Positions 12,111-26,300 of a DNA stretch of 64,000 bases are shown in pieces. The translations under genes and the position numbers were made by a program. Source of the DNA: Azolla caroliniana (taxonomy: Eukaryota > Plantae > Polypodiophyta); NCBI GenBank assembly GCA_043228905.1, contig JBHGNT010000003.1:4588001-4652000 (forward strand). Direction: 5' to 3'. The notes beneath the pieces are model-generated. The model did not search any database and had not been told where the DNA came from. It saw only the letters and a list, made by a program, of their open reading frames with translations. Each line of letters starts with the position of its first letter. Position 1 is the first letter of the stretch.

Positions 12111-13491
12111 CTTATCATTGGTTGCGGTGTCACTGTGGCAACAATTTATTACACATAACCACTTGTGTAAGTTCATTATTGATACCACGTTGATCATGCC
12201 TATTCTTCACCTTTCAAATTCTAGCTAGTACAAAAAAATTATTATTATATTCCAAGGTAACCTAGTTGTCCAATTGAATTGTGAATAATTTTCTAAAACT
12301 AAGATTGGAAAGAAGACCAAGGAGTATGCAAATATTTTTTATAAGAATGACAATATATAGTTGGTGTTATGTCTTATTTTGGACAATTGGATGATGTTGA
12401 TATCGCAATCCTAAGATACTTAATTATCATCTTACCTTAACAAACACATGTTGTATACTAATATTATGTTACCATCTTGCGATTCTCTTAACCAAATGAA
12501 ACTTGTAGCCAAGAAAGTACACCCATTATACATGGATAGGATATTTTAAATAATAGTAGGTGGTGGTTTTATGTCTTAGTTTGTACGATCTTGCGATCAA
12601 CTCAGAGTTGAAGATTTATCTAGGCCATGTCATAGATCTAAACATTTGTTGGCGTTCATTTTCCCACGTCACAAATCGAAAGATTTCTTATGTTCGTTTC
12701 CCCACGTGACAAACTAATAAAGTCGGTCTATTGTCCATGAATCAACAACAAGAATTATAGTGTCCCTTTAACTTAAGACATGTTGTTTGGTTGTGAGAAA
12801 AAGTAAGCTAGATATTGAGACCAAATAATCAATGGCAAGCCATGTAGTGTCCCTAATACTTAACACACGTAGGTGTTAGAATGTGAAATTTGTATGTCAT
12901 AGCAAAGATGTTTCGTGTTAAACTCCTAATAAAATATTGATACATGCAGCAAAGTTCTTCTGTCCTATCATTCCCATTAAAGAGAATCAATGTCAATGTC
13001 CCTTTAACTTAAAGCATGTAGTTACTATGTTTTGAACATTAGATATCATAGGAGAAAATAATGTACTACTCTACGCTCCCATTAAAATATTCAAACGTGA
13101 TCGTCATGTAATAGCATTCCCCTTAACATATTCACACACAATCCTTGAGTTGTGGCATTCCTATTAAAGTAACCTATGTGTATGGTTGTGTAGTTGACAC
13201 TTGTGTAAAAGGAATGACTTGAACTAGAGATCGTGTCCGATCCCCAAATCCCAAGATATAAGTATATGACTAGCACTGGTCAACCCTTGTCGATAAATTC
13301 AATTTGCATTTAACTTAGTAAAATGGTATGATACAAGCAAAGCTATAATTGAAGGCCTTTTGGGAAACTATATGTTACATCAAGAAAAGGGTTCCATAAC
13401 ATGAAAATTAGACTAACAAAAAACTAGACTAAAATAGGGGAGGAAGGCTGTTCTAGCGGGAGGGGGAGTGTAGATGTATGGGTGTGTGAAC

Positions 13492-14183
13492 TTAGTGGCT
13501 TAATTTAACCCCTGGAATGAAAGATGGGTAACGAGGGCTAAAAAAATTAGAGATAACTCTTGAGTTCATGAGCTCGACTATGGCAGTTGATTTTACACAA
13601 CGAGGTGCTTTATATTGGTTGATGGAAGCCCCCCTACTAAGGGAATAGTCCATAAGTTGATCGAATGTCCCTTGCCTCACTATCCTTATCTCGAGCGGTC
13701 CGATAGACTTACATGCAACCCTCCCTTGTCTATAAACTGAATCCAAATTCTCTTCTATTGTCGCACAACATTCCTCCAACACTTCCTTCAATACTTTGCT
13801 TGAGCCCCCCTCTAACATTGCACTCTTTTGTGTTCCATTCTGGTGTGAATTTGCGTGACTGTCTTGTCCGGGTTGTACCACGTGCGAGCTGATTTGTTGC
13901 AACTCCCAAAAGAGAACATAATGCCCCGGGATGGTGGACAAATCGACAAAGCTTGTATACTCGAGAAGCCTTAGGTTGATGGTCTGGTCATTGTGGGTAG
14001 TGGCAAGCTTGTCGAGATGGGCAGATGTCGCTGCCTCCACGGCCTGGTGCAGCGTGTACTCGTCTGTCTTGTCCGAGTCGATGCTGAGCGCCACATTCTT
14101 GCGGCACACGAATTGGAACATAGGTGCATTATTGTGGAAACCGGACACTCGGAGGATATCCCCAACACGATATCGATAAAGAC
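13492..14183 (-). CDS. GH3: GH3 exon 4 (692 nt, to TAA)
   Basis: ttattag|GT CTT TAT CGA (GLYR) through GVKLSH*. Confidence 0.93.
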
Positions 14184-16917
14184 CTAATAAACAATAAGTG
14201 TAAAAAGGATAATTCAATCACACCACAAGGACATAACCTGCCAATGGACAAGGGATTAACAATGCCCAAATTCATATCTCAAGTGGTCCTTTACCTGCAT
14301 ATGTAGTGACGACAAGCTCATACTCGCGTCCCACCTCAACATTGGCGAGATCAACGAGCTGATGTTGCGAAACTTCGGTAGAGGAGTGTAGTATGGCAGT
14401 ATTCATGTCTTTCGCTTCCGATCCGTCATTGAGCTTACCGGTGTGGGCATGCAATGGGAGGAACTCGAAGTAGGCCATGTTGGGCAAGAGAGTGTAGGAG
14501 ACATCGGACGGCTTGCTTAAAGGGTGGAGGTTAACTCCGAAGTAACATTCGGACGAAGCATACATGGTGCAAACAAGGGGCAAACCTCCGCTATAGAAGT
14601 CTAGCGTCGGGATGTATTGAGCCATGGCCCCGGTGACAATGACATCGATATATTTGGTCCGGGGCCAAATTAGCGGGATGATGCCCTTCCAACAAGACTT
14701 CCACTCGCATTCGTAGCAAATGCTCGCGACCGCATCAGCGATCTCACGCCGTCTCTCCGATGCGTCCAAGTACTTCTGGACCGCCCGCCTTGATGGCTCA
14801 TCGGTTATCAAATTGTGGAGCGTTCCGGTTCCAATGTCAGTGCACAGCTGCTCCCAGTTCTCTTGTAGGAACCGGATGGCCCGCAAGAAACCCGATGCGA
14901 AAACCGCGCCCATCCGGAGCACATGATCGCGCTCGAGGAGGCCGCATATCATCTGGCAATACATGCTCTGTTGGGAATCCGGACACAACACCGTCTCGTT
15001 GGGACTAGTGTTCACATTGTATGGGTCATGTGGGCGTTGCGTGAACCAATGACTCTTGTAATAGCTCGTTAACACGGGCCGAGCCATTAAACCCCCCGGC
15101 GTCTTCATTTCCGACTTTATGAAGAAGAAGTACATGCCTTTGCCCTTGTCTAGGTCGGGTACAAATCTACATTGCAACAAACAGGATTGAGGTCATTCCT
15201 TGGTCAATAAACATGTCAAGGTCATTAAATACTTTGCCTCATTACACAATTAAGGATAGATAATGACGTACTGGTTCATTATCGGCATGAGAAGACTATA
15301 GAGAAGGCAACGTCTCTCGAATTCGTCATGGATTGTAGGCATCAATTTCCTTTCCCCAGCCGAGGTCCCAGAGCTAAACATCATTTGTAAGAATAAACAT
15401 TCATTAGGAAGAACCCAAAGCAAATGCTCATGTGGTCAAAACAAGTTTCCCCATTCTAACATTAGTGTTGGTGGAGACATGGACCAAACATTAATTTATG
15501 ACACGAAAGAGACCAACCCTTAGCTAAGCCAAGAACAAGATGTCTTTTTTAAACATATTTGTTTTTTACCCATGAGGGAAATCAATAAATGTTTTGATTC
15601 TTCATAATGTTGAACATTAGTTTGACTAGGAATGGAGTTATTTTGTATTGCCATGTGGGAAAAGGTCCAACTCATGGTGTGAAAACAAATATCATGAAAA
15701 ACTAATTATACCATTTCATGAACCTCATGAAGAGAGAATGTGTTCTCCACTTTGTTTCACATGTGGGGAGAACCCACTTTCTCTTATGATGGATGGGAAT
15801 ATCCCTTTTACCATATTCAAAACACACACAAACACACCTATAAATAGAAGATGAGTTTGCCCCATGTGAAAAAGACCCAATTCCCCTCATGTTTCTCATG
15901 AGTGTTCCACAGAAAGCTCTATGAGCACATAATTGGCTAGGGCATGGCCTATAGGTATTAATGGACAAACTAAGTATTGACCATTTCTTGACGTGGTAAA
16001 ATTAACTCCCTTGTTCGTTCTCCTTATAATAATCCACATCGGAGACGATCCAAATTTTATTTATTAAGTTTCTTGGTTGGGATAAGAGAGCCTCATCCAC
16101 GAAGATCTCTAATGATAACTTGATGTCCTACTTAATGAAACAAATCAAACAGTATGCTTGCATCATAAACACAAGATGTGATGATAGGTGCATCTATGAC
16201 ACAAGCATAAGAAAGGAGAGAATAATGTGTGAGGGGTCAAAGTAGTATGGTTTCGTGGAAATGTACTCGGTGATTGCGAGATGCTATATGGTGCGTATGA
16301 GAATGACCAGCCGAGGAGAAACAACTAGCCCACAGGGAGACAAATGGTACACATAGTGTGAAATCATTTAGCCAATAGAACCACAGTGTGAAAACTAATA
16401 TATATATGTATATGTACATATATGCTTCCTATGTGATATACCTTGTGAGGAACTCGGAAACAGGGTAAGAGGAGAGGATGGGTGATGTGTCCCCATTAGC
16501 AATGCGCTGGATCTGAGGCTGCAGATCCTCGTAGGTAATCATCGGCAGTAGCGATTTGAAGCTCTCGCGATCGGTCCGCCCGTCGAGCCCGAATTTCGAG
16601 AGGTACTCGGTGCGGGCATTGCGGGAGAGGATGGCGGAGAGGGTGAGGCATTGGACTTCATCAGCGAAGAGGGTGAGCGATTCGATGAGGGAGAGGGCTT
16701 CCGAGTCGGATCGAGGGTGAGGCGGATGGATCAACGAAGAGAGGTGAGCCTCGTGGGCAGGGGGTACCGTGGGTGAGACATGGTGGACGACGGGTTTAGG
16801 CGTATAATGAGGGCTCAATGACAATGGGATGTTGGAGGTGGTGATAGAGTGGGTGGATGAGGGAGGATCAATGGAGGAAGGGGTCATGTATTGCACTAGG
16901 GGTGTAGAAGGAGCCAT
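13492..16917 (-). CDS. GH3: GH3 family acyl-acid amido synthetase, most like group II IAA-amido synthetases; 4 exons, 2142 nt, ~713 aa
   Basis: Exons 16917-16442, 15373-15272, 15166-14295 and 14183-13492 have GT-AG introns and join in frame. Motifs [66 protein letters not shown]. The group II-like call rests on [22 protein letters not shown]. Confidence 0.96.
14295..15166 (-). CDS. GH3: GH3 exon 3 (872 nt)
   Basis: tgtag|A TTT GTA CCC...TAT GCA G|gtaaag. Confidence 0.93.
15272..15373 (-). CDS. GH3: GH3 exon 2 (102 nt, absent from the ORF track)
   Basis: tttag|C TCT GGG ACC TCG GCT GGG GAA AGG AAA...ATG AAC CA|gtacgt encodes [33 protein letters not shown]. Confidence 0.93.
16442..16917 (-). 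CDS. GH3: GH3 exon 1 (476 nt)
   Basis: ATG at 16917; [14 protein letters not shown]...IQRIANGD...SEFLT; donor AG|GTATAT. Confidence 0.92.
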
Positions 16918-17131
16918 GGATATGACAATAAGATGAGATTAAGATTAAGACCAAAATTAAGGTTAAGATTGATTGGATACGGCAATAAGATGAGATTAAG
17001 ATTGATTGCCTAAGAAGAAGAAACTTACAACAAGTTTTAAACCTTGCTATGGTGTAGATATATGCAACTGTTGAGATATGTGGAGGAGTTAGGAATTGTG
17101 TTTTATAAGAATGAGAGCAAATACTTGTGTG

Positions 17132-17140
17132 TATTTATAA
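17132..17140 (-). promoter_or_regulatory. Probable GH3 TATA box (TTATAAATA)
   Basis: About 215 bp upstream of the ATG, between the AuxRE cluster and the CDS; a second candidate CTTATAAAA lies at 17101-17109. Confidence 0.6.
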
Positions 17141-17277
17141 GGGATGGAAAGAGGAAGGAGGGGGGGTGGAGATAGGGCCCAATTTTGGCTCTTTTTTCTT
17201 TTTCTTTTTCTTTTTTAATTACAAATTCTTTTCTATTTTTTTATTTTTATTTTTTGGAATGAGAATTTATTGTCTTT

Positions 17278-17452
17278 TGTCTCCTCTTGGGGAGACATGG
17301 TTCCGACATCTCTCTATCCCTTTGTCTCTCACTTGCCCCACACTTTGCCCCCCCTCCTCCCAAGCACCACTTCCTCTCATTTTTTTTCCGTAACCCCAAG
17401 AAAAATGGGAAAAGAAAGACGAGAGAAAAGAAATGAGAAAACATGTCCGACA
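17278..17452. promoter_or_regulatory. Auxin-response element cluster (ARF sites)
   Basis: TGTCTC 17278-83, GAGACA 17292-97, CCGACA 17303-08, TGTCTC 17323-28 and CCGACA 17447-52, 360-535 bp upstream of a GH3 ATG. Confidence 0.85.
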
Positions 17453-20400
17453 CTCTCTCGCAGAGCACAAGGATTTGGTGGAGTTGGATTTTGGAGAGTC
17501 TCTCTCGCCTGCTGCTACATTCTCTTTGTTCCTCGCTTTTTTTATGTTTGTCGACACCATCATTGCCTCTCTTTTGATTTCTCTTCTTCGACGGTTCCTT
17601 GGTTGTGTGTACGTGCGTGCGAGCCACTGTTACTTGTTTATGTTTATTCCTCCAAGGAGAATATGAATTGTTTAGTATTTACACCTACTGACTTGCATGA
17701 TATTATGAGCATCTTCGGTTTGAGGATGTGCAAGTACAACATACTTGGATTATGTCTTGTGGGGACCAATGGAGACACTTATTGATCCACCACATCTAAG
17801 CCATGCACCATGAGAACATAAGGAGCTCATTATCATGTGAACACTTCATAGAAGTATAGAAATGGCGATGGTGTTGAAGTTCATATAGACATGAAATTAT
17901 TTCCCACGAGAGAAATAAAATGTGTACAACCTTTTTTTCATGCCATCATTCTTCTTCCTCCTCCATCTCAGCCACATGTCAACTTCTAGCAAGGATTGTC
18001 GACTAAAGTTATCTTGTAAAATCCAAAATAATAAAAAATGTCGGTTTGAAGTGCTTGGCATTTGTCAATAACCCATCAATAGAAACTTGTGAAAGAACCA
18101 TTATGGATGCTTGTCCGTTGCAATTACATCTGTAAAGCCAAGCAATTTTCAAGAATTTTTTCAAACTCAAGTTTGTGTGTTGTTTAGATTTGCATGCTCA
18201 TTGGACACAATATACAATTAAAGTTGAGGATGTATCCAATTGTTCTAATTCTTGTCCAACGTCCATTCCCCAAGAGAAACATTTCAATCACCTCATTTTT
18301 GCAGAACGTAATATATTTTACACCATATTAGCTTTAAATGCTTTTGGAGTTTTTGAGTATACATGTGGTCTTGTAGAAAATTTGGATTGATTCATTATTA
18401 ATTGGAGTGCCAAGGTTCTTGAAGAGAGAAAAAGTTCTAAACGTTTTCTCTCTTCAATTCTAAAGTTAACTTTTGCTATATCAATTCTAAAATTTAGTAG
18501 CTTGCTCTATGTTTTCTCTACATAACCTACCCCCGAACTTAGAGCATAATTGTCCTAGGTACTTAACACTAACCAAACAATGACTAGCTAGAGGATGACT
18601 AAGGCCTATCTTACATAGGTAGTTTACTTATGAAAGGTTGAGGTCTAAGGTTGTATCCGCTTGTCATTTGCTCTAGAGTGAAGTGTGGTTGCCATTGATC
18701 TAGACCTTCAACCTCAACCTTTCATAAATCCTCCCAAACCCCATTGCCAATGTACAAACAAAAACATTATGCAATGTTCCGATGAGCTCAAGGGCTAAAT
18801 TTGTCACTTTCCAATACCTACACACGCAACACTCATTATTAGAATTCTTGAACATGAGAATCACTTAACAACTCCACGCAAACTACGTGGAAAATGTTTA
18901 TATGCGACCTTCAACGATGATGACTTAATGACTATACATATGTCTTCGTCTTTCTCCAAGTTTGATCCTTGTCATGGATTTGACTCTGTCCATATGATAG
19001 GTCGTGTTTGGTGTCATGTGGATATTCATAGTCAATATATATTTTTCCTCAAACTCTTCTAATCAATCCATGATTATCATTTGGTTTGTATTCGCTTCCC
19101 TAGCCTATGGTTTCTAAAATAATTGATGAGTGTCTTCTCATAAAGTTTAATAACTCCCATCCCAACCTATTTTGTTCCTCCCAGATTGCCATTGTTATGT
19201 ACTTGTAACCATGAGTGTTTACATTCTCAACGACAACATTTCTTGAAATTGATAATTTTATACACAAACTTGTTTTTCTATCAACCAGTAGTCATGAAAT
19301 GGAATATTATATTTTTTCTATTCATTGTACTTAGCAATCTAACCTATTAAACTTGCCTCCAAATGCCCACATTGGGTGGTACACTCATTTGTTGATAAGA
19401 TTTTCATCATAACATATTCATGTTATGTTCGTTATGTCTGTATCCACTCATACAAATACATGTGGATGAAGGTACACATGCATGTATAAATGCATGTGTA
19501 TGCCTTGCACAATATTGATGAATGCTTGTGTATCTCAAGAAATACATATTGACTTGGCATGTGTTTGTGTGAATGTGTCGTTTACATCTATGTATATTTA
19601 TATCATTAATATCCTTATGCATCATTTTAGCCATATCCATTTCCAGGATTTTTAATGCATCCCTTACAAATAGAAATTTATTCTAGTGAACTCTAAATGT
19701 AGAATTTTAGGGTTCAAATTAGCTGGATTCCGATTCCCAAGCCAAACCTTCATATGGTTGCATCAATATTAAGTTACTTTATGGTGTGTCAATGGTTGCA
19801 TAAATTTCCCACGCAACTTCTTCTTTTAAAATTCCAACTTAATCTTGAGACTTTGTGAGCTTACATGAAATTTATTTGGGGCTTTTAATTGTTAATTCAT
19901 AAGTTAATCGAAATTAAGTTTAATCCCTACCTTGAAAAGGATTTTCATCCATGAAGTTAGATAAGTCTATACTTTACATTACTATCAACTAAGTATACCT
20001 CCTTTAAATAAGATTGACATGATCATCACATGTCTCTATATGCGCGATAATTATGAAAAGCAATTGAAGAGAGGTTAAGGCTCGTTTGGCAAAGTCAACC
20101 TTCTATGTGGCCCAACCTTAATTGAAACATACCCTTGTCTTTGATTTTACTATGGGTGAGGTTCCCCTTTCAACGTCTATAAAGTTTAGTCGTCTCTAAT
20201 AGCTCTTCACGTGTGAAAGTTGCATTTTGTTATTTCTGAAGCACCTATTATTGTTGTTGGGACATTGTCGAGGACGAGAATGAACAAGTTGTCTTGTATA
20301 TTAGGTATGATTTGATGGTGTCGAAGATATCGTGCATGCTTTTCTTTGTGGTCCCGATCTTCCTCTTATATTACACCATAAGATAAACACTTTCTATCCG

Positions 20401-20589
20401 AGTGAAGTTGTCAAGTTTGAGAGATACTACATTTATTCACAAACTCAAGATATTGTCAAAATTTTAAATTTTTGGATACTTAGTACGATTGAACTCCAAG
20501 TAAAAGGATTAGAAGAGACTAAAATGTAATATACATGAAAAAGAACATTTAAGAACGTATATTAGAGTGAACCAAGGAGATGGTTTTGT

Positions 20590-20965
20590 CCTTTATGCCT
20601 AGAAAACGAAACTCGAATGTCAAGTTATTATGGCCAAACTAGTTACTTGCCTATAAAGACGATCTTAACTTTCCTAGTTTATTCTTCTAGGATTTCATTC
20701 ATTGCCATTTCTCACAATCTACTAACAAGCCATTGAGCTCACTAAGCTTCAATATGTCGGTTCAACTTATATGATTTTTGAGTGCAAAGTCTTTGGTTCA
20801 ACTAGTGTGTTGCCTATAGGCTATGACAATAATCATAACTTTTCTAGTTTATTTTTATATACTTTCTTTCATAAATATTTCTCACATCTCACTAACAAGC
20901 AAGAAAGTTATTGAGCTTTAAGATATTGGTTCAACTCGTATGATTTTGGGTCCAAAGACTTTGAA
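20590..20965. repeat. Diverged tandem duplication, ~185-bp unit
   Basis: aactttc.tagtttatt...tttctcaca...actaacaagc...ggttcaact..tatgatttt occurs twice. Confidence 0.6.
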
Positions 20966-23399
20966 GCAAACTGTAAGATCAAATTTGTCATTTATAATCA
21001 AGCAACATCTCTAAACATAGTTTAGCCATTTTTTATTTTGCTTTGATAACATGGCATGTGTGACTCCCATGGCACTTTCCAAATTTTGGCTTCGAAAGAA
21101 GGAGATTTTAGCACTTTAAAGAGGCAATTGTCTTCCCTTAATGTCTACAAAGTTTCGACAATATAACACATCTCATTCCGACATACCATGTAAATTTTGA
21201 CACTTCATCATTAAACCCACCTTTGTGGGTTCGACAACATGACCTTCAAAAAATCTTTGGTAAAAAAGATGCCATGGTCCTAGTGGAAGGTGCAACGATG
21301 ACAAGGTGTCTGGGGTATGTGTTAATGCTAGCTAGCTAGTTGTAATGCAAGTAACGCCTCACCATTCCGATGATGCTATTGTAAAAGTTCACATTAAAGT
21401 TTCCTATATATCTATCTATCTATCTATATAGTTCCGTAATATAAATTATTATGCCCAATATTTCTGAGCTATATAATATAAATTTTACGCATTAGACAAA
21501 TTTGAATGATTGATGGTCAAAGTTGGTGCGACCAATTGAATGATTGTTAGTGACTGAAGCCTCCTAAAAACAAAAAATATATAAGAATTGAGCATGGGCA
21601 TGGATGTGATATGAAAGAAACTATTGTTTAATCATTAAAGTAATTCAATTATATATCAACAATTGAGCATGGGCATGGATTGTGACTATTACATTAATAT
21701 TTATTATTCTTGCATTTGTTCAATCTTTAGGTCTACACTTTTACTTTTATTCTAAATTCTCATCACTCTATTCTGACCAAGCTTCCCCCCCCCCCCTCCA
21801 AAGCTTTGCTAGTTATCCACTCCTTGTCCTATGCCCATCTTTTCCTTGCATAGGTTGTTCCTTCTCCTTTTGATACCTTACACTTTTTGTGCATTTTCAT
21901 TGCGTTCCTACATCCATATCTCGATGAGAGCCCCCCTCCCCCCCAACTTCATTCCTTGACAATCTTATTCATCAAGATTCGAATCCATAAACGATATCAT
22001 TTGCTAATGCCTTATCTTACTTTGGGCCAACTCATATTTGTTTCATCCATACTATTTTCTATGGGTTCAACAAAGTCTACCATTTTCTCTCCCTTGTATT
22101 TGATTCAAGATTGCATCAATATGGGTGTTTTTAGGGATATACCTTGAAAATCTCCCCTCCTCTAATTCCATGTTCCATTCGTCTACATTATTCGACAATA
22201 TTCACATCCATAAAGAATATCATTTACAAGCGCCTTACCATACATGGGGCTGGCACATCTTGTTTCCAAATTATTTCTACATCTTTTGCTCCCTTCTATG
22301 TGGTTGATTACATCCTTGCGGAGTGCATCATGCTTTTTGGTTGTGATTGCAAGGTATATACTTTGAGATCCAAATGTTCATAGGTGTTACTAACCTCTAG
22401 GAAATTATACTACCCATACTCCATGGTGTTCTCACTTTTATTATTATGGATTCAAAAGGTAATATTGATTAATGATTGCACATCTATTTTGTATGTCATT
22501 ATCATTAAAGCTTCTTCAAACAATTCAAATAAGTTTTAAAGATTTTCAAACTATTGCCATGGTAATATAGACTTTCCACGCTTTTGCTTCATTATGTGTG
22601 TACGTTATAATTTCCATGGTTGTCATGCCCTGATCGTGAAATTGTCACACACACACTTTAATCTAGACTTGATTGTGATGCATACAACAATATTTTTTGT
22701 TTTTGCCTTGGAAAATAGGATATACATTGTTGGAAATGTTTATAAGTCTTGGGACTAGGTTGGTTTTGAATACTTTTGTTGTCCTATAGGAAGAAACTTA
22801 TTTATAAGAAAAGGATCAACATAGCTAATGTCCACCACATTGATATGGATACTTTAGTAGAATAACTTGAATTGCATCATATATTAGGTCTTAGCACAAT
22901 CACAACAAGCTTGTGGCAATTTGTCTTGTTGGAAAGAGGTTTCCCTACAATGTTCAAGGTAATGAGTTGTAAAGTGTATTGTCTTGATATGTTTACAATA
23001 GGTCAAGTATAACAAATATCCTCCATTATGCTTTAGGACGGCATTTTTCTCATAGAAAAGAAAACCTTTTCCAATGTGTTCACTAGAATGATTAATGCCA
23101 TGAGACTAGATAGGAAAGGGTGGAAACGTAGCTAAGTGCAATTCACAAGTTTTGCCCTAAAGTCCTTGATGCCATGATTCATTCCTATTGATGAACTTCA
23201 ATAAAAGAGAATAACATCCATTAGTTGATTATATAAAATTGATGAATGCCTTGAAAGTTGAGAAATGTAATTTGAAAATTCATTCAAAACATGCAGGAGA
23301 GCAAGGCGTTACCGTTTATATTTATTGATGAAAGATGGATACTTTGTTTCCTAATCGTGTTCCGAAGTCCTGCAAGGACCATTGATAATTGATGACAAA

Positions 23400-26300
23400 T
23401 GTTGTGATAAACTCTCTATATTTGTATATCTCTAGCAATCCTTTGTACATACTAGTTTCCAACTGTTTCTCTTGCTTTAATCAACCTTATTATCAAATGT
23501 GAAAAATCACCACAAAAATTACAGGATTGGATCATAAAATTTGTATACTTTAATGAAGAATATTTTCTTTACGAATATTGCCAACCCACAAGTTCACAAA
23601 TTCAAACAACTTTCTAATTAATGAGGGAACCTTCTTCATGAGCGAAATTTTACCTTTCCCCTTGGACCCACAACCCATAAAACACACAAAATTTAGAAAT
23701 TTGTCAGGTTTCTCCTCCATCCACATGCAACTTCTTTTTAATCCCATGATGTAGTCTTTTTAATCCCATCCAGTGTTTACAACCATATCGTTTCTTGGAA
23801 AGTTTTCACCTTCATCTCTCTTTTAATCCTTTTAACAATATTCTTCATAAGCCGTTGAGCTTAGGTGTCATCTCACAATTTCTCCTTGTAATTTAACAAT
23901 GCTAAATAGGCGCGAACAAAATTGTTGATCCAAATTTCTCAACTTCACACTTCCTTTTTTATGTATCTCCTTGACTTCTTCCATAATACTATCTTCCCCC
24001 TATGTTATGTTTGTAATAAAATATGGATGTTGTTCCTTTTTACTCTTCTTGAACTATGTCAAGCTAGGTTATGAAAAAGAGCTACCTTTGCTTAGGGTTG
24101 TGTCAAAGTGACCTACTTCTCAAGCACTACCAATTTGTATGGAATCATTGATGATTATTTTGGCATTATCATTTTGACATCTATATGAAAATAACATAAT
24201 TTGTCGGGTAATATGCCGACTATTGACCTAAGAAAGAAGTCTATGTCAGAAACTTCTTTGGACTTGCTTTTTGCATTCCAATATACATGTTATGAAAAAT
24301 CTAAGCATGGACTTACAAATAAAGACACCTTGAAAAACATGAAAATTAAGGTATTCTATATTGCTCCCTTTGTCCTTATTGTGTTGCTTTGTCGTGCACT
24401 ATGAGTTAATATATAATATTATTGGCAATAGCTTACATGTTTTTCTATATGTCTACCATACTACATCACCTTCCACGTCTCGATATGTTTTCCTTATATA
24501 AATGGGTTCATGATACAATAAAAAACAAACTCAATACTCTTTACTATGTAGGAAGGCATCCTCTTTGACATTGAATGCATCATATGTCATGGTGCAAACA
24601 AGAAAAGGGATCTATTTTATATGACAGACCTTTACTTAGATTATGAGTTTGACTCAAACCTCAAAAGTTCTTCTATATAAGCATTACATTAAACTACAAA
24701 GGCCTTTACATTACTTACTGACCACATTATATGCTTTTAATGAGTGGTTGATGCATAGGATTGCATTTGTAAGGTTTCCGACATTTTTATTCTATATCGA
24801 AAGCTAAGGTATGTCATAGTAGGAATTGATTTAATCTATGCACATATGTATGTGTGACCTTTGCTATCATGATCAAGAATAATCTCAATTGACTTCCAGT
24901 ATATTTTAAAAGTCTTTGAAGATATATCTTGTAGATTCTAAGGAGTGTTTGTCTACACACATGTTTCCACTAGAACATGTTCAAACTGGAGGCTAGGATA
25001 CTTTTATCAAGTGAAGAGTTAAGCTTCGTTGAGTTCCTTCTGAAAATTTGCAAATGCTCTTGCCTTCTTCTAGAATTTTACAAAGTGATGTGCCATTCTA
25101 TAAAGGAATAATGTATACTATTCATTTTAAAATTTAAAGTCACATTTTTTGCATTCAAGAGAGGATTAAATACCCTAAATAGGCAAACTTAAGTTCATTG
25201 AAAGGAAATACATATTACACTGAGACAACTTGCAAAAATGGTTTATAGAAAGTTATGACAACTTTTGTTTCACATTGCAAACGTATAATAATTGAACCTA
25301 TAAATTGCTCACACAGGAAAGGTAGTCTCTTGACAATAATGTCAGGGTTTTGCTATAAGAAATGGTGATATAGTATCTTCTAAAGGTAACATTAATGGAT
25401 AGTTCACTTCATGATTGATCAAAGACAATTAAGATATACAAGGATTATCCTTTTCACAAACAAAATCTTCAACAAGATATCACTCTTTTCCATTTTCAAC
25501 AACTTGAGCAAACACATCATATTAGTAACACAACAAATTCAAACTATTAATAAAGAGAATTGATGATGCATACAATCAATTCATGAAGTAATTCACATTT
25601 ATAGTAGATCAAATATGTTAATCAAGTGCTACCAATGGAAACATCTGCCTTCCAAACATTCATCGTGAAACTAACAAGCTTACCATCTATGTAAGATCAT
25701 CAAGGATAATTGGCAAGCCAAGTAAATATTGGAGCTTGGTCACAACTCGGGTACTCATCAAGTGACCTATCATCAAGGAGTGATTTAAGCTTGGGTTCAT
25801 CTATTGGGGACATATCCCCTTGATCAATCAAACAATATATTGGAATGTAGAAAATGGCTACTTTATAACCTTCATCAAAGTTTCACATAGATTTATAGTA
25901 AAATAGTTATTTCCTTATTTCCAAATTTCTTATTTTCTTTTCAATTTATAACTGCACATAAACTATATACTTCATACATCATCTACAAATTACATCATAT
26001 TTAAATGCTAATACTGTAGAATAAAACATGATTACGTACAACAATGAGTTCAAATCTCAAGGAATGGGTTTGGTGTTGTATTCACTATAAAAAATACTCA
26101 TGTTTTCAGTTTAAGATCATGCACAAACTACAACACCTTTCTCTAAAATTCAATCCCGTACCAAATTGTTTTCTTTTTATAACCAAGGATTTAACGCAAT
26201 AACATTATTAATGCTAAAACAATACTATAAAAACTCCTTTAATTTTGATCTTGATCTCTCTTTGACTATTAATTGTCGAGGCAACCACCTTGAAATTGAT

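Noticed and set aside
16927-17007. caataagatgagattaagatt duplicated in the GH3 5' UTR
   Set aside because: A simple local duplication with no evidence of function.
18500-21300. Possible LINE (minus strand) and gypsy RT (plus strand) debris
   Set aside because: Only isolated weak motifs.
23550-23747. GSKGKGK as a Walker A motif of a viral or host NTPase
   Set aside because: The ORF is 65 aa with no Walker B and lies at the integrase end of the decayed gypsy remnant.
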